This document shows positions 1 through 10,999 of a stretch of DNA of 64,000 nucleotides, one piece after another. A program made the position numbers and the translations under genes. The stretch is taken from the NCBI GenBank assembly GCA_001661245.1, contig KV454011.1, positions 2,161,271-2,225,270 of the forward strand. The letters are read 5' to 3'. The notes below the pieces were generated by a model, which did not search any database, was not told the origin of the DNA, and saw only the letters and a list, made by a program, of their open reading frames with translations. The stretch is from Pachysolen tannophilus NRRL Y-2460. Taxonomy: Eukaryota. The stretch's first letter is position 1; each line of letters opens with the position of its first letter.

Positions 1-14
1 AGGTAAAAGTTGAA

Positions 15-1574
15 TTACCATTCAAGATTTTGTGCCCATTTGACAGATTTTGATTTATTTTTCTTCAATTCTGAAACCTGTATTTCATCTTTTACACCAA
101 GTATCTTAGTTTCCTTTAATGTTGGGAACTGATTTTCTTTATCTTGAGAAATTGCATTTGGATTTTGAACTTTTGAAATATATTTTTTAAAATCTTGTTC
201 ATTGTAAAATCCAATTGTCATTTTTTCATTAAATTTTAATTTTGAAAAAGAATTTGTTGTTGATAATGCTTTCACATTTATAGCTCTTATAATGGCAGCC
301 TTATGTGTTACATTTGCATTATTTGTTGGTATGGTGACCAATTCTTTTACTGACTCTGGTAATGGAACTCCTTCACTATTTTGAGAATTAATTTCAGTAC
401 CAAACCTTGTTGCATCTTTCACATTACCTGTTGAAGCATCAACTATTAAATTTAATAAATTTTTGCATTCTTTTAATGCTGGTTTTAAAGGTTTGATTTG
501 TTTCTTAGGAGAACATATTCTCTTTGGAGATTTCAATATACGACTATATTGATCAGGATTAAGTCTTGTTGATTTTTTCAAAGTTTGCTTATATAAAGAA
601 ATTGGTTTATATTTTGATGATAATGATGAACTTATGGTTGTTGTTTTGATTGGATCATGATGTATTTGAATGATATTATTGAATCTTGTAGTTGCTGATG
701 ATTTTGAGGAACAACGAATTGGAATCTTACTTTCATAAGTTGTTGCTATATTATTACTGGAATGAGGTAAAGATGGTAAAGGTATGGTTGGTGGTTTATT
801 GGAAGAAACTTTTGATGGAAATTTTAAAGGCCCATTCAATTTTTCATAAGCTGTTATTGCTGAATTTTTTTCAATATTTGGTATTTTCTTTCCTGTATCA
901 GGAAGTATTACATCGATATCCATACTATCATCAGAATTTTGAGATATCTTATCATCAATTTCTTGTTCTTGTTCTTGTTGTGATTTATCATTTTTTTTAA
1001 TAAATTCTTCAAAATCAAATGACATATTCAGTTGAAGCTCTTCATTATCATCCAACAGGATCTCATCATTTGCTCTGACTTTGCAATCGATTTCATTAAT
1101 TTCATCGATAGACAAATTACTCACCATACTATCCAATTCAACATCTATCATTTCTTCTTTAGGAGAAGAATGTGCTTGTTTCTCCAAATCACTAGTAGTT
1201 ATAATATCTTTGAAAAAATGGTGATTTTTTGAATTATTCACAGGGGTCCACCCATCCAAATATTGAATACTATACTCTTGAAAATTCAATCTATCTGCAC
1301 CCATTTGACAAGTATATTCATCCTCATCATCACGCATATATTCATCAGCTAAAAAATTATCTTCAAAATTATTCAAGTATGATGAATTCTTAATATGATC
1401 AAAATCATCTAGTATTGTTAAATCGTCATCGGACTTGGCGCTGTTATTAACCTCCACTTCGCTGGTCACTTGATAAAATGGGATAGACGATCTATTCAAG
1501 AAATTTTCCCATTCAACGGATACAATATCATTTTTACGTTTCTCAAATGATTGGAAAAAATTTGCAGTCATCAT
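15..1574 (-). CDS. Uncharacterised 519-aa protein; acidic N-half, basic S/T-P-rich C-half, C-terminal KSVKW (RVxF/W-type PP1 docking motif); possibly SFG1-like by synteny
   Basis: Long ORF. Ends ...KSKSVKWAQNLEW. Divergent from the SPS4-like gene, as SFG1 and SPS4 are in S. cerevisiae (recalled). Confidence 0.5.
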   Translation of the reverse strand: MMTANFFQSFEKRKNDIVSVEWENFLNRSSIPFYQVTSEVEVNNSAKSDDDLTILDDFDHIKNSSYLNNFEDNFLADEYMRDDEDEYTCQMGADRLNFQEYSIQYLDGWTPVNNSKNHHFFKDIITTSDLEKQAHSSPKEEMIDVELDSMVSNLSIDEINEIDCKVRANDEILLDDNEELQLNMSFDFEEFIKKNDKSQQEQEQEIDDKISQNSDDSMDIDVILPDTGKKIPNIEKNSAITAYEKLNGPLKFPSKVSSNKPPTIPLPSLPHSSNNIATTYESKIPIRCSSKSSATTRFNNIIQIHHDPIKTTTISSSLSSKYKPISLYKQTLKKSTRLNPDQYSRILKSPKRICSPKKQIKPLKPALKECKNLLNLIVDASTGNVKDATRFGTEINSQNSEGVPLPESVKELVTIPTNNANVTHKAAIIRAINVKALSTTNSFSKLKFNEKMTIGFYNEQDFKKYISKVQNPNAISQDKENQFPTLKETKILGVKDEIQVSELKKNKSKSVKWAQNLEW

Positions 1575-2391
1575 TTGCTAATTTGGGAAAAAATAAAATG
1601 AAATAAAATAAAATAAAATAAAATAAAATAAAATAAAACAAATCTCTGGATAGCAAAAAATAATAATAACAACAACAACACGCTATAATGAATTAAATAG
1701 CTAAACTTTTAAACTGTTTATTTCAAGTTTAAAAGGTTCTTTCTTCTTTTCTTTTGCGTGTAGCAACCGCAAATGATTTGCAACTTGAAAAATCCGTTTA
1801 ATTGATTAATTATATGAATAAAGGAAATAGTCACCTTCTAAAAAAGAGAAAATGCACATGAAAACTATCTATCAATTATAAACTTGGTTGTTTACTCTAA
1901 TGTTTTCCCAACTAAACCGTTGTTGTATTTCCTAATTGGGAAACAAGTCAACAGTGCGCCACTCTAATGTACTAAACAGGAAATACTATGAGCAAAAAAA
2001 AAAATAATCACTTAGTTTTCTCAGAAGGTACGGCTGTGGCGTGGATGACTGTGAGGAGAATAGTACCTGTGGCTGGTGTGCATTGTTTTTTTTATCTTTT
2101 TTTTGTTTTTGTTTTGTTTTTTTTGATCTCATCTCATTCATTCTCACTTTGTGCGGCTCATGTATAACGTATACAAATTGGTGTGAAACGAAAAGTTTTT
2201 GATCTTGACTTTGTGTAATGTTGACTTAAATTGTTTGCTGTGAATGATTGAGCTTGAATCTGCTTTTTGAGGTTTCTCTTTGAGGTAGTAGAAGGTGCAG
2301 TGCAGTGGTGTGGGTTTTTTTAGTGTTTTATAATTAAGAGAACACAAACACCATTGTTAGTGAATTATTTGATCTATTTGATTTTTGATTT

Positions 2392-2440
2392 TTGTTGTTG
2401 TTGCTGTTGTTGTTGCTGCTGCTGCTGCTGCTGTGTTGTG
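2392..2440. repeat. (TGT/TGC)n trinucleotide microsatellite
   Basis: ttgttgttgttgctgttgttgttgctgctgctgctgctgctg directly visible. Confidence 0.85.
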
Positions 2441-2650
2441 TTTTTTTTTTTGTTTTTTTGTACATTGTACAATTTTCATTTCTTTATACTCAAATTTCCT
2501 TTTTTTCAGTTTGTTTCGTTTATTATATCAGTAAACTAATTTAACTAAAGTTTTTATTTTAATTTTTATTTTTACTTTTAATAATCAATATCTTTACTTC
2601 CAAACAGTAATCAAAAAAAAAAAAAATCTAAAAATTAAAAACTATTTGCT

Positions 2651-3691
2651 ATGCCTATTCGCCCACATTTAGATTTTATCTTGGGAAAGTCAAAGACAAA
2701 ATCAGAGTAAGTTTTATATACATCATTTAATGAATGGGTGGTTTAAGAAAATTTATTTATTTATTTATTTATTTACATAAGGACATTTTCTAATTATTTG
2801 ACTTTTTTTTTTAGTTTGCAAGAAGAATCTGAAGCTGCAGCAGCTACTGCAAGCCAACAAGTTGGATCATCAGCAGTAGAAGAGCAAGCCCCAAAGATTG
2901 CAGAATTATCAGAGCCATTATCCAGTGAAACTGCAATGGGGTCTGAAGACAACATGTCCAAGACTGCTAAGCATATTTTCAAGTATCCAATTGCTAAATC
3001 TTCAATAGAAACGGTTCAATCCATTCCACATCCAAGGATAATTGCTCCAGCAATGGTTTCGTTACGTAACACGGCACTGGTTAAACCAATTTTTGAAGTT
3101 GTTGATGGTTTGAACGATAATGCTTTATCCCAATTGGATAGAGCTATTCCTCAACTTCAGAAAATTGAACCACATGATGTTTATGATGCTGTTATGTCAC
3201 CAATATCTTCTGCCCGTGAAAATACATCGAGATTAACCGATGCAACAGAAGGAATGGTTAATGATAGAATTGTGGTCCCAGCTAGAAAACTTGTTTCAGA
3301 CGTTCGTGAACGTTATTCAGCAGTTTATGATAACCATGGTAAAGCTTTAATCCGTAGTCAAGTAGATCCAATTGTTAGACCAGTTAATACGAGATTAGAA
3401 AAATTTGTTAGTGACCATTTCCCAGAACAGGCCAAAAAATCACCAACTGAGGGTTTATCTAATGAAATTTCTCGTTCTATTCGTATAGTCTCTCCTGTTA
3501 TTAGAGAATTACCAAGTGAAGTTCGTGGTCACATTGGTCAAGTTTACAAAGATCAAAGACTTGAACAAGAACAAGGTTTTGTTGGAACTGCAAGAGCTTC
3601 AATGGCAACAAGTGCTAAACTTTGTACTGAAGCTTTTCAAAGATTTTCTGGTCTTTTTGGTGCTTCTAGAGAAACCGCAGCAGCGGCTTAA
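2651..3691 (+). CDS. SPS4: Sps4/Pln1(Pet10)-family perilipin-like protein; join(2651..2706,2815..3691)
   Basis: ATG 2651; intron 2707-2814 (GTAAGT...TTCTAAT...TTAG) joins in frame (GA|T=Asp) to the 297-aa ORF. The HIFKYP...DGLNDNALSQLDRAIPQL segment resembles the Sps4/Pet10 family. Confidence 0.6.
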
Positions 3692-4090
3692 ATGTTAAAT
3701 TGCTAGGTGTTGAGTGCTTCAAGAAAACAACTAAAAAATGGAAAAATATAAATCAGAAAAAAAGCAAAAAAAAAAAAACAAACGCTCTCGTAATATAAGA
3801 TGATTAAATAGTTGTCTCAATTTGTGTGTGTGTCTGTGTTGTTTTTTTTCTTTTTTTTTTTCTTTTCTTTTTCTTTTTCTTTTTTACCTTTTTCTTTTTT
3901 GAAAAAAGGATTAATAGATTCAAGAAATAAATAAACCTCGAAATTACTTGAGCAGAAAATAAAAATAGTAGTAAAACGTACAAGTTATAAATGAATTAAT
4001 ATTGAAAGCATTTGAACCTTAAACCTATATAATAAGCAGATCATGCAATTCTGTTTTTTTTTTTTTTTTTTCATTTCTTTTTTAGTTACA

Positions 4091-5155
4091 TTAGTTAAAA
4101 CTTAATATTTCTTCAACGTAATCCTTGAATTGAATGACTGCAATACCGTTACCTTGATAATCATATTTCTTAAATGAGTCCGTTATTTTCAATAACCATA
4201 TTAAACTCTCAACGAACATATCAAATTTCAACTGTAAACTTCCATCACTAAATTTTTGAAAGATAAATAATATAGTATCTGTAGATAATCTATAACCAAT
4301 TTTTTCTAAAGCATTTTGATATTCGCTAAATGAAATGGTTTGTGAACCTTCTTTATCAAATTTTGTAAATACTTTTCTCCAATACCCAATATAATTCCAT
4401 AACCGACAAAATTCTTTAAAATCAATATAATTTTTATTTTCTTTATCGAATAATTTTAAAATCAACCTGACTGTAGAAGGTCGAAATTTACTATAATCAT
4501 CGTTTAATAACGCGTTTGATAATTCTAATTCTGATAATCTCCCGTTACCATTTCTATCAACTTTATCAAATAATTCTCTAAGATGCATTTCACTTGCTTG
4601 ACGGTTTGAACTTGAACGAGCACCAGGATGGTTCCCACTACTCTCGCTCCCGTTATTACTAAATGGAATCGACCCCGGAATAGTACCATACGCAGACGGC
4701 GGACTACTCACTGCTGAGGTAGATCTATAATTTATTGACTGTGGATACAGCGGTTGAGGAGGAGTATGTGTTCTTTGTTGCAACTGCTGTTGCTGCGTTT
4801 TGGAAAAATATCTTGGATCTTGCTGATGCTGCTGTTGTGACTGTGGTTGTTGTTGTTGTTGCTGCTGCTGCTGTTGTAGTTTCTGAGACGTTAACGTATT
4901 TTGTTGCTGGTAGTAAGGTTGCGAGGATTGCTGCTGGTTATTAATAACCAAAGATGACGGCGGTGGTTTTCTTCTAATCTTTACTTGCTGAAGTGGAATC
5001 TGTTGCTGCTGCAGTTGTTGCAGTTGTTGCAGATAGTTCGGCGGCACATTTTGTTGCTGTTGATAATTATTATACTGCTGATTCTGAGGAGTTGGCTGAA
5101 CCCCAAATGCTTCCAGAGGGGTGGGAAATCCTATTAACTCATCACCTGCTCCCAT
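4091..5155 (-). CDS. PEF1: Penta-EF-hand protein (peflin/ALG-2 family) with Q/P-rich N-terminus
   Basis: EF-hand loops DRNGNGRLSELE, DKENKNYIDFKE, DKEGSQTISFSE, DYQGNGIAVI; lies near an SPR3-like septin. Confidence 0.88.
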   Translation of the reverse strand: MGAGDELIGFPTPLEAFGVQPTPQNQQYNNYQQQQNVPPNYLQQLQQLQQQQIPLQQVKIRRKPPPSSLVINNQQQSSQPYYQQQNTLTSQKLQQQQQQQQQQPQSQQQHQQDPRYFSKTQQQQLQQRTHTPPQPLYPQSINYRSTSAVSSPPSAYGTIPGSIPFSNNGSESSGNHPGARSSSNRQASEMHLRELFDKVDRNGNGRLSELELSNALLNDDYSKFRPSTVRLILKLFDKENKNYIDFKEFCRLWNYIGYWRKVFTKFDKEGSQTISFSEYQNALEKIGYRLSTDTILFIFQKFSDGSLQLKFDMFVESLIWLLKITDSFKKYDYQGNGIAVIQFKDYVEEILSFN

Positions 5156-5739
5156 GATTTAAATGTAAATTGCTTTTAAATTAAATTCAAAATTTTTTTT
5201 TCCAAATTAAAAAAAAAAAAACAAAAAAAAAAACAAGAAACCAATAAATACATTGAAATTTGAACTTCAATTCAAATCAAATTCTCACTGAGAAACAACC
5301 ACAATTAAATAAATCATTGATTTGACTTATTAATGAAATTTGTTTACCGTTTTCTTTTTTTTTTTAGTATGCTATTAAAATATAGAGAGCCGCTCTTTGC
5401 TCAAGGAAAAAAGCCAAGAGAAACCAAAAATAACTATTTTCGGAATTCGGCAAACTTACCCGATTGGGAAGTCGAGTGAGTATACATGAGTAAGGTCAGT
5501 TCAGTTGATGGTTTACAAAGAGATAGATAGAAGTTGTTGAGCTTACCAGGTAGAAGAAGAGGGCGAGGAATAAGAAGAATAAGAGTAAAGTGATAACAAA
5601 GTAAAGAATTATTTTCTATATGGAAGAAAAGCCCATTTAAAAACCTACTAAAAAATTATTCAAAAAATATACAACAACATTTAGTTAAAAGTAAAACGAC
5701 AAAAACATATATATTATTTTAGAAAACCTTTCATTTAAC

Positions 5740-6507
5740 CTAATCACGGGTTCTTCTTCTGTAGTTACCGTCATTTTCACGTCTTGGACCTCTGTTACCT
5801 CTTTGTGGTCTTTCTGGAATGGTATCTGGTAATAAAGTTTTTGGAACAATACCTTCTGGAACGTTCAAGTATTCACGCAAGTAAGTCAAACCTTCATCAG
5901 TTAAGGTGTAGTAATAGTATTGCCATGAAAATTGGGTTTTGACGTAACCTTTTGAGGTTAATGATTGTAAAGCCTTGATGACATACAAGTTTCTGGTGTC
6001 AATTTCTTCATGTTTTGGTTGATTGAAATCCTTCTTGGCGACAACAACACCCTCTGTTAAAAAAAAAAAAAGAAAAAAAAGTTAGTACTTCGAACTTTTT
6101 AAACTGAAAAGTTAAAATTTCTTTTGTTATATATTCACCAAGGAAGAATAAAAAAGATATGAAACCTAGCTGATTTTGTCTTGAGAGTTGGTTTAAAAAT
6201 GTCTTTTCTATTTTTCTCCTCCAAACTTTAAAATTCACTCTGATTTGAACTCCTTGGAAATCAAAATCTCCTTCTCTCTCTTTATCCCATTCACAAACAC
6301 TTTTTATAAGTTTGTAAAAAATTTTCTTGGCCTTAAACGTTCATAGCTCAAAACACAATCAACGCTAATTGTTCAAATATACTTTTTTTTTCCTTCCTCC
6401 TATCTCACTTGTCCATCTGGAAAATATAACAATTTTTTTCAAAATAACTACTTACCTTGGAAGAGATATTGGTGAATCTTCTTTCTGTCTTCTTTTGGAA
6501 TTAACAT
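5740..6507 (-). CDS. RPS10: 40S ribosomal protein eS10; join(6507..6456,6053..5740), 121 aa
   Basis: MLIPKEDRRKIHQYLFQ|EGVVVAKKDFNQPKHEEIDTRNLYVIKALQSLTSKGYVKTQFSWQYYYY. Intron 6455-6054: GTAAGT, TACTAAC at 6087-6081, CAG acceptor. Confidence 0.97.
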
Positions 6508-6725
6508 GTTGCAATAATGATGATCCTAACTTAATTGTATAGTATAACCAAAAAAAACTCAATAAAATATTTTTATAGTTATAAATTTCTTGAAAATTAT
6601 TTTCAAGTTTTTGGTAACTGGTTAAACAGCTACAACTTTTTTTTTTTTTTTTTTGGGTCGTGTTTGAAAAATTCTTTTTTTTTTTTTTCATTTTTTCATT
6701 TTCATTTTTTTTTTACATCTCCTGA

Positions 6726-6845
6726 TGTGACTGCGAATAGTTTCCCAAAAAGGTAATACCAAGAGTGTCCGGATGTTACTGCTAACTTTTGGCGGTTCGA
6801 ATCAGATTAGATTAGGGCAACAAACCCTACTGTATGGGCACGTGA
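6726..6845. promoter_or_regulatory. RPS10 promoter module: Homol-D (CAGTCACA), inverted Tbf1-like sites, Cbf1 site, B-box-like element
   Basis: TGTGACTG 6726-6733 (CAGTCACA on the RPS10 strand); GGTTCGAATC 6794-6803; TTAGGG 6812-6817 and CCCTA 6825-6829; CACGTGA 6839-6845. Confidence 0.7.
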
Positions 6846-7062
6846 TTTCCAATTATTTTTTGTCCCTTTATCTATTAAGAGAGACTAGGAATATAATCAT
6901 GTTAACTAACTCTATATATAAAATTACATATTAAAAACAGATAGTTTGTAGTAAAGAGCTAAATTGATTTTTTTTTTTTTTTGATTCAATTAATTATTAT
7001 ATGGTTGTTTTATAAATATAGAGTTTTTATTTTTTTTAGAATTTTCTTTTTAGTTGTGGAGA

Positions 7063-8166
7063 ATGCCAATTCAATTACCTCTTAATGAGGAAGATGCAGA
7101 TTTACCAAATGTTTCTTCCGGATTTCATAATCCCTTTGCAACTTTTACTGATGCTACACATAATGTAGCGTTAAGCAGTAAGTTAACAGTTAATTTTTTT
7201 TTTTTTTTTTTACCATGTTTAGTTTTAGCAGCTAGAGTTTACTTAACTTTTTTTTTTCCTTTTTGTTTTTCCGCAATTATTTATATTTTGAAAATTATAG
7301 ATCCACATACTTTTAGCAACAGGCTTAAAAGAAAAATTGGTACTCTATTAAGATCGCCGTTACGTAATATCCCGATTATCAATTACGTTATCTTAATTGT
7401 GCTAAGTTCACTATTGATTAAATTAACATTTCATTATCATAGATTATATACTTTTAATTCTGTGGTGGCAACATGTATGACAAATATTGTGTTATTTGGA
7501 ATAGCTGATACTTTAGCTCAATCCATTGCATCATATCAAAAACTGAGAAAGTTATCAGGTACAGTTGGTGTTGGGCTTTCTGATATTGAGTCACATCCTT
7601 CATATCCAAATCAAAGAAAGAATCCAAGTACAATTGCAGATTATTCAGTAAATGAATTTCCTGCTCATTCTCCTTCATCTTCTCCATATGATTTAAAAGG
7701 AAAATTCAATAAATTAGGATTGGATCTGCGTTCTGATTTTTCTAGATTTAATTTTCGAAGATTTATTGGTTTTACAGCTTGGGGGTTTTTAATGGCATTT
7801 ATTCAAGTTTTATGGTATTTTTTCTTAAATTCATCATTTTTAAATTTACCATTTTTTTTCACAATTTTAGGAAGAGTATTGGCAGATCAATTAATATTTT
7901 CACCAATAAATCTTTACTCATTTTTTGCTTATTCAACATTAATATTGGAAAAAGGTTCAAAAGAAGATTTTAATAAAAAAATACAAAACGTTTATTTCTC
8001 TACTTTAGTTGCTAATTTTTCACTTTGGTTTCCTGTTCAATTCATCAATTTTCTTATCATGCCAGTGAAATTTCAAGTCCCATTTAGTTCTACTGTTGGT
8101 GTATTATGGAATTGCTTTTTATCAATGAAAAATGCTGGCTCTAGCACTGCTACAGAAATTAAATGA
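7063..8166 (+). CDS. Mpv17/PMP22-family membrane protein (YOR292C-like); probable join(7063..7177,7301..8166)
   Basis: TNIVLFGIADTLAQ, RVLADQLIFSP, WFPVQFINF and GVLWNCFLS motifs; probable 123-nt intron GTAAGT...TAG; adjacent to RPS10. Confidence 0.85.
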   Translation: MPIQLPLNEEDADLPNVSSGFHNPFATFTDATHNVALSSKLTVNFFFFFLPCLVLAARVYLTFFFPFCFSAIIYILKIIDPHTFSNRLKRKIGTLLRSPLRNIPIINYVILIVLSSLLIKLTFHYHRLYTFNSVVATCMTNIVLFGIADTLAQSIASYQKLRKLSGTVGVGLSDIESHPSYPNQRKNPSTIADYSVNEFPAHSPSSSPYDLKGKFNKLGLDLRSDFSRFNFRRFIGFTAWGFLMAFIQVLWYFFLNSSFLNLPFFFTILGRVLADQLIFSPINLYSFFAYSTLILEKGSKEDFNKKIQNVYFSTLVANFSLWFPVQFINFLIMPVKFQVPFSSTVGVLWNCFLSMKNAGSSTATEIK

Positions 8167-8712
8167 ATCAAATCTAAAAAATTTTTCAAAGGAACTTGGA
8201 TTTATCAATAATGTATATGATATGGGGTTTTTTTTTTTTTTTTTTTTTCTATGGTTTTTTTTTAAATGGTTTTTTGATTTTTTGGCCTTCTTTTTCTTAG
8301 TAACGTTAAATTAAAGTTTGAATTAACAATCAATGTAGCAGCAGCACTAATACCCATAACTTGACTATATTTGATACTTCTTCAGTAATATTGATTGAGT
8401 TTATAGTTTTCTTGTAATCTATTTTGTTCATACACAAAACTTATCAAAACTTATCAAAATGAGCCGCACCAAATGTGTAAAAATAATTAAAAGTACATGA
8501 AGTACATGAAGTACATAAAACAACTTCATGTGGTACAAAAACAAGAATTAATTATCAGTTTTTAATGTAACCGCTTTCACCTTTGACCAGATTCTGAGTA
8601 TCTCATCTTTTTTTCCCTCTTTTTTATTCTTTCTGTAAATGTGGTAAAAGAGAAATTTATAATTTCTATTTTATATAGAAAAAAAAAATCAGCAAGTTGT
8701 CTGTTAGTCAAT

Positions 8713-10516
8713 ATGTCCGAAACTTCTGGTGCTGATTTGCAAGTTTTACCAGCTAACCTTTCAGCTGGTTCATCTGGTTTTGAGCAAGATTACCGTTTTG
8801 AAGGGAAAAAACCAAATCTTTCAGGTTCTGGTTCAGGTTCTGGTTCAGGCACACCTGATGCTTTAAAAATTATTGAAAGTCAACTTTTAAGTACAGGTAC
8901 TGAACAATCAGATAATGGTTTGTTTAAAATTACTTCAAAGACTAAACATATGGAAATTTCCCCAAAGTCAAAACTTTCTAGTCCAGTCAAATCAGTTAGA
9001 TCAGGTAGCACAAATACTACAGCTAAAATCTTAAATAGTGCTGAAGAGACAAAAAGAGATTTAACAGAAAAAATTTCCAACATCCCTGTTGGTATTGACC
9101 AAATTACAGAACAAGTGTAAGTTAAGAATTAAAAAGAAAAATTAAACAAAACTTAATGTAACTTAATACTAACTAAACCATTTTTTTATAAATTATAGTA
9201 AAAAAAGAATTTCAAGGGAAGGTGCAAGTTTCACTTTACTTGTCGCTGGAGACCGCGCCTTGGGTAAAACAACTTTTTTAAATACACTTTTTGAACCAGA
9301 GTCAGATCATGAAGAATCATGGATGGAAGAAGAAAATAGAACCACTGAATTTAGTTTACATCAAGCAGAATTGGTTGATAAAGACTTTAAGCTAAAATTT
9401 ACTGCAATTGATACTCCTGGTTTTTTCGATACCAATAATGATCATTATTGTTGGGTTCCAATCACTAATTATATAGATGAGCAGTTCAGATTACATTTGT
9501 ATCAAGAAGAACAACCAGATCGTAAAAATGCTATTGATTCAAGAGTTCATGCATGCTTATATTTTATAACCCCATCCCCAACTGGTCTCACAGCAAGTGA
9601 TATCCGTGCTATGAAAGAACTTTCTGTAAGGGTTAATTTGATACCAGTTATCTCCAAAGCAGATACTTTTACCAAAGAAGAAATTGCTAAGTTCAAACTG
9701 AATGCTCGTAAAGTTATGAAAAAATATGGAATTAAAATCTGTGAATTACTTGAAAAAGAAGAATTAGATGAAAAGCTGTTTGAAGATATTCCATTTTCTT
9801 TAATTGGTGCAGATAGTTATGTTTCAAAAAATGATGGTACAACAGTTAGAGGTCGTAAATATAATTGGGGTGTTGCAGAAGTTGAAAACGACGAACACTG
9901 TGATTTCAACAAGCTAAGAAGTATGTTATTATCAAAGAACACTTTAGATTTTATTACTAGCACTGAGCTCCATTATGAAAAATATCGTAATGAGTTATTA
10001 AAATTTAGACTCAATGCTGTTACTAAAAAAGCTGACGCTGATGATCTGACTAAATTTGATGCCAATGGAGAAGATAATTCCGCAGAATTGAATGTAGAGG
10101 AAGAAGAGATTGAAGAAAAAGCTCGTGTTGAAGAAGAATTGATTGAAACCGATATCAAGATAAAGACAACAAATCCTTTAGATTGTTTGAAATTGATTTC
10201 GAGCTTTTCTTTGGAAGAGGTTGAAGATTATCTAGCTGAGCAAAACCCAACATTTTTACAAAAACAACATTTGATTAAAAAGGGATTTTCTGGCATTGTT
10301 GCTAAACAAGAAAAAAGATTTAAAGAATGGAAAAGTGCTTTGGTTCAAATGCAAAATGAATTTAATAGTGAAAATCAAGCTCTTCGTAACAAGGTTTTAA
10401 AACTACAAGAACAATTGCAAAAACTAGAGAGTGATCTTGAAGAAAAACCTCAAACAGGATCTGAAACAGAAGCCAAATCTGTATTTGAAAATTCAGTCAG
10501 ATCAACTAGTCGTTAA
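8713..10516 (+). CDS. SPR3: Septin, probably sporulation-specific Spr3 (Cdc3/Cdc12 group); join(8713..9116,9199..10516)
   Basis: Intron 9117-9198 (GTAAGT, TACTAAC 9167-9173, TAG) fuses two ORFs in frame. G1 GDRALGKTT, G3 DTPG, G4 SKAD, GRKYNWG septin-unique element, C-terminal coiled coil. Close to PEF1; MSE core CACAAAA at 8433. Confidence 0.75.
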
Positions 10517-10999
10517 AATAACTTGATTATGACAAAGGCTGGATTTGATATTTAGCTAAAGTCTTTCAATTTTTTAATGCCTTTTATGTCCTGTGGTTGT
10601 GTTTTCATTTTTTTTTTTTTCTTTTCTTTTATATTAAAAATAAAATAAAACTTTTGAGTAAAAGTAAATGTAAGTACTCGATTATTTAAAGGTGCATCCT
10701 CCAATAATATGACTTGTAAAAGCACAAGACTATAGTTATTTTTTTTAAAAAACAAAATGACTGAAATTAGAAATAAACCTTTTTTAAAATGTTCATTTCA
10801 TCATACCGTGCAAAATACATCTTCTCATAAATGTCATTATCTCTCATGACTTTATCTGGAGTGCTTTTAAGAGCCATAGAAGAATCAATCATATATCTAG
10901 ATCAATTCTTGATCAAACCTGTTTAATGATAAATTAGTTAAGACAAAAGCCAGTAAATTGTTTACCCTATCTTTCTGGATTCTTTCAAGTTATTGAAAT

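Noticed and set aside
2354..2539. Poly-Cys ORF
   Set aside because: Translation of a TGT/TGC microsatellite and T-tracts; no ATG start.
6730..6810. tRNA gene around GGTTCGAATC
   Set aside because: No T-stem or acceptor-stem pairing and no clear A-box; reported only as an orphan B-box.
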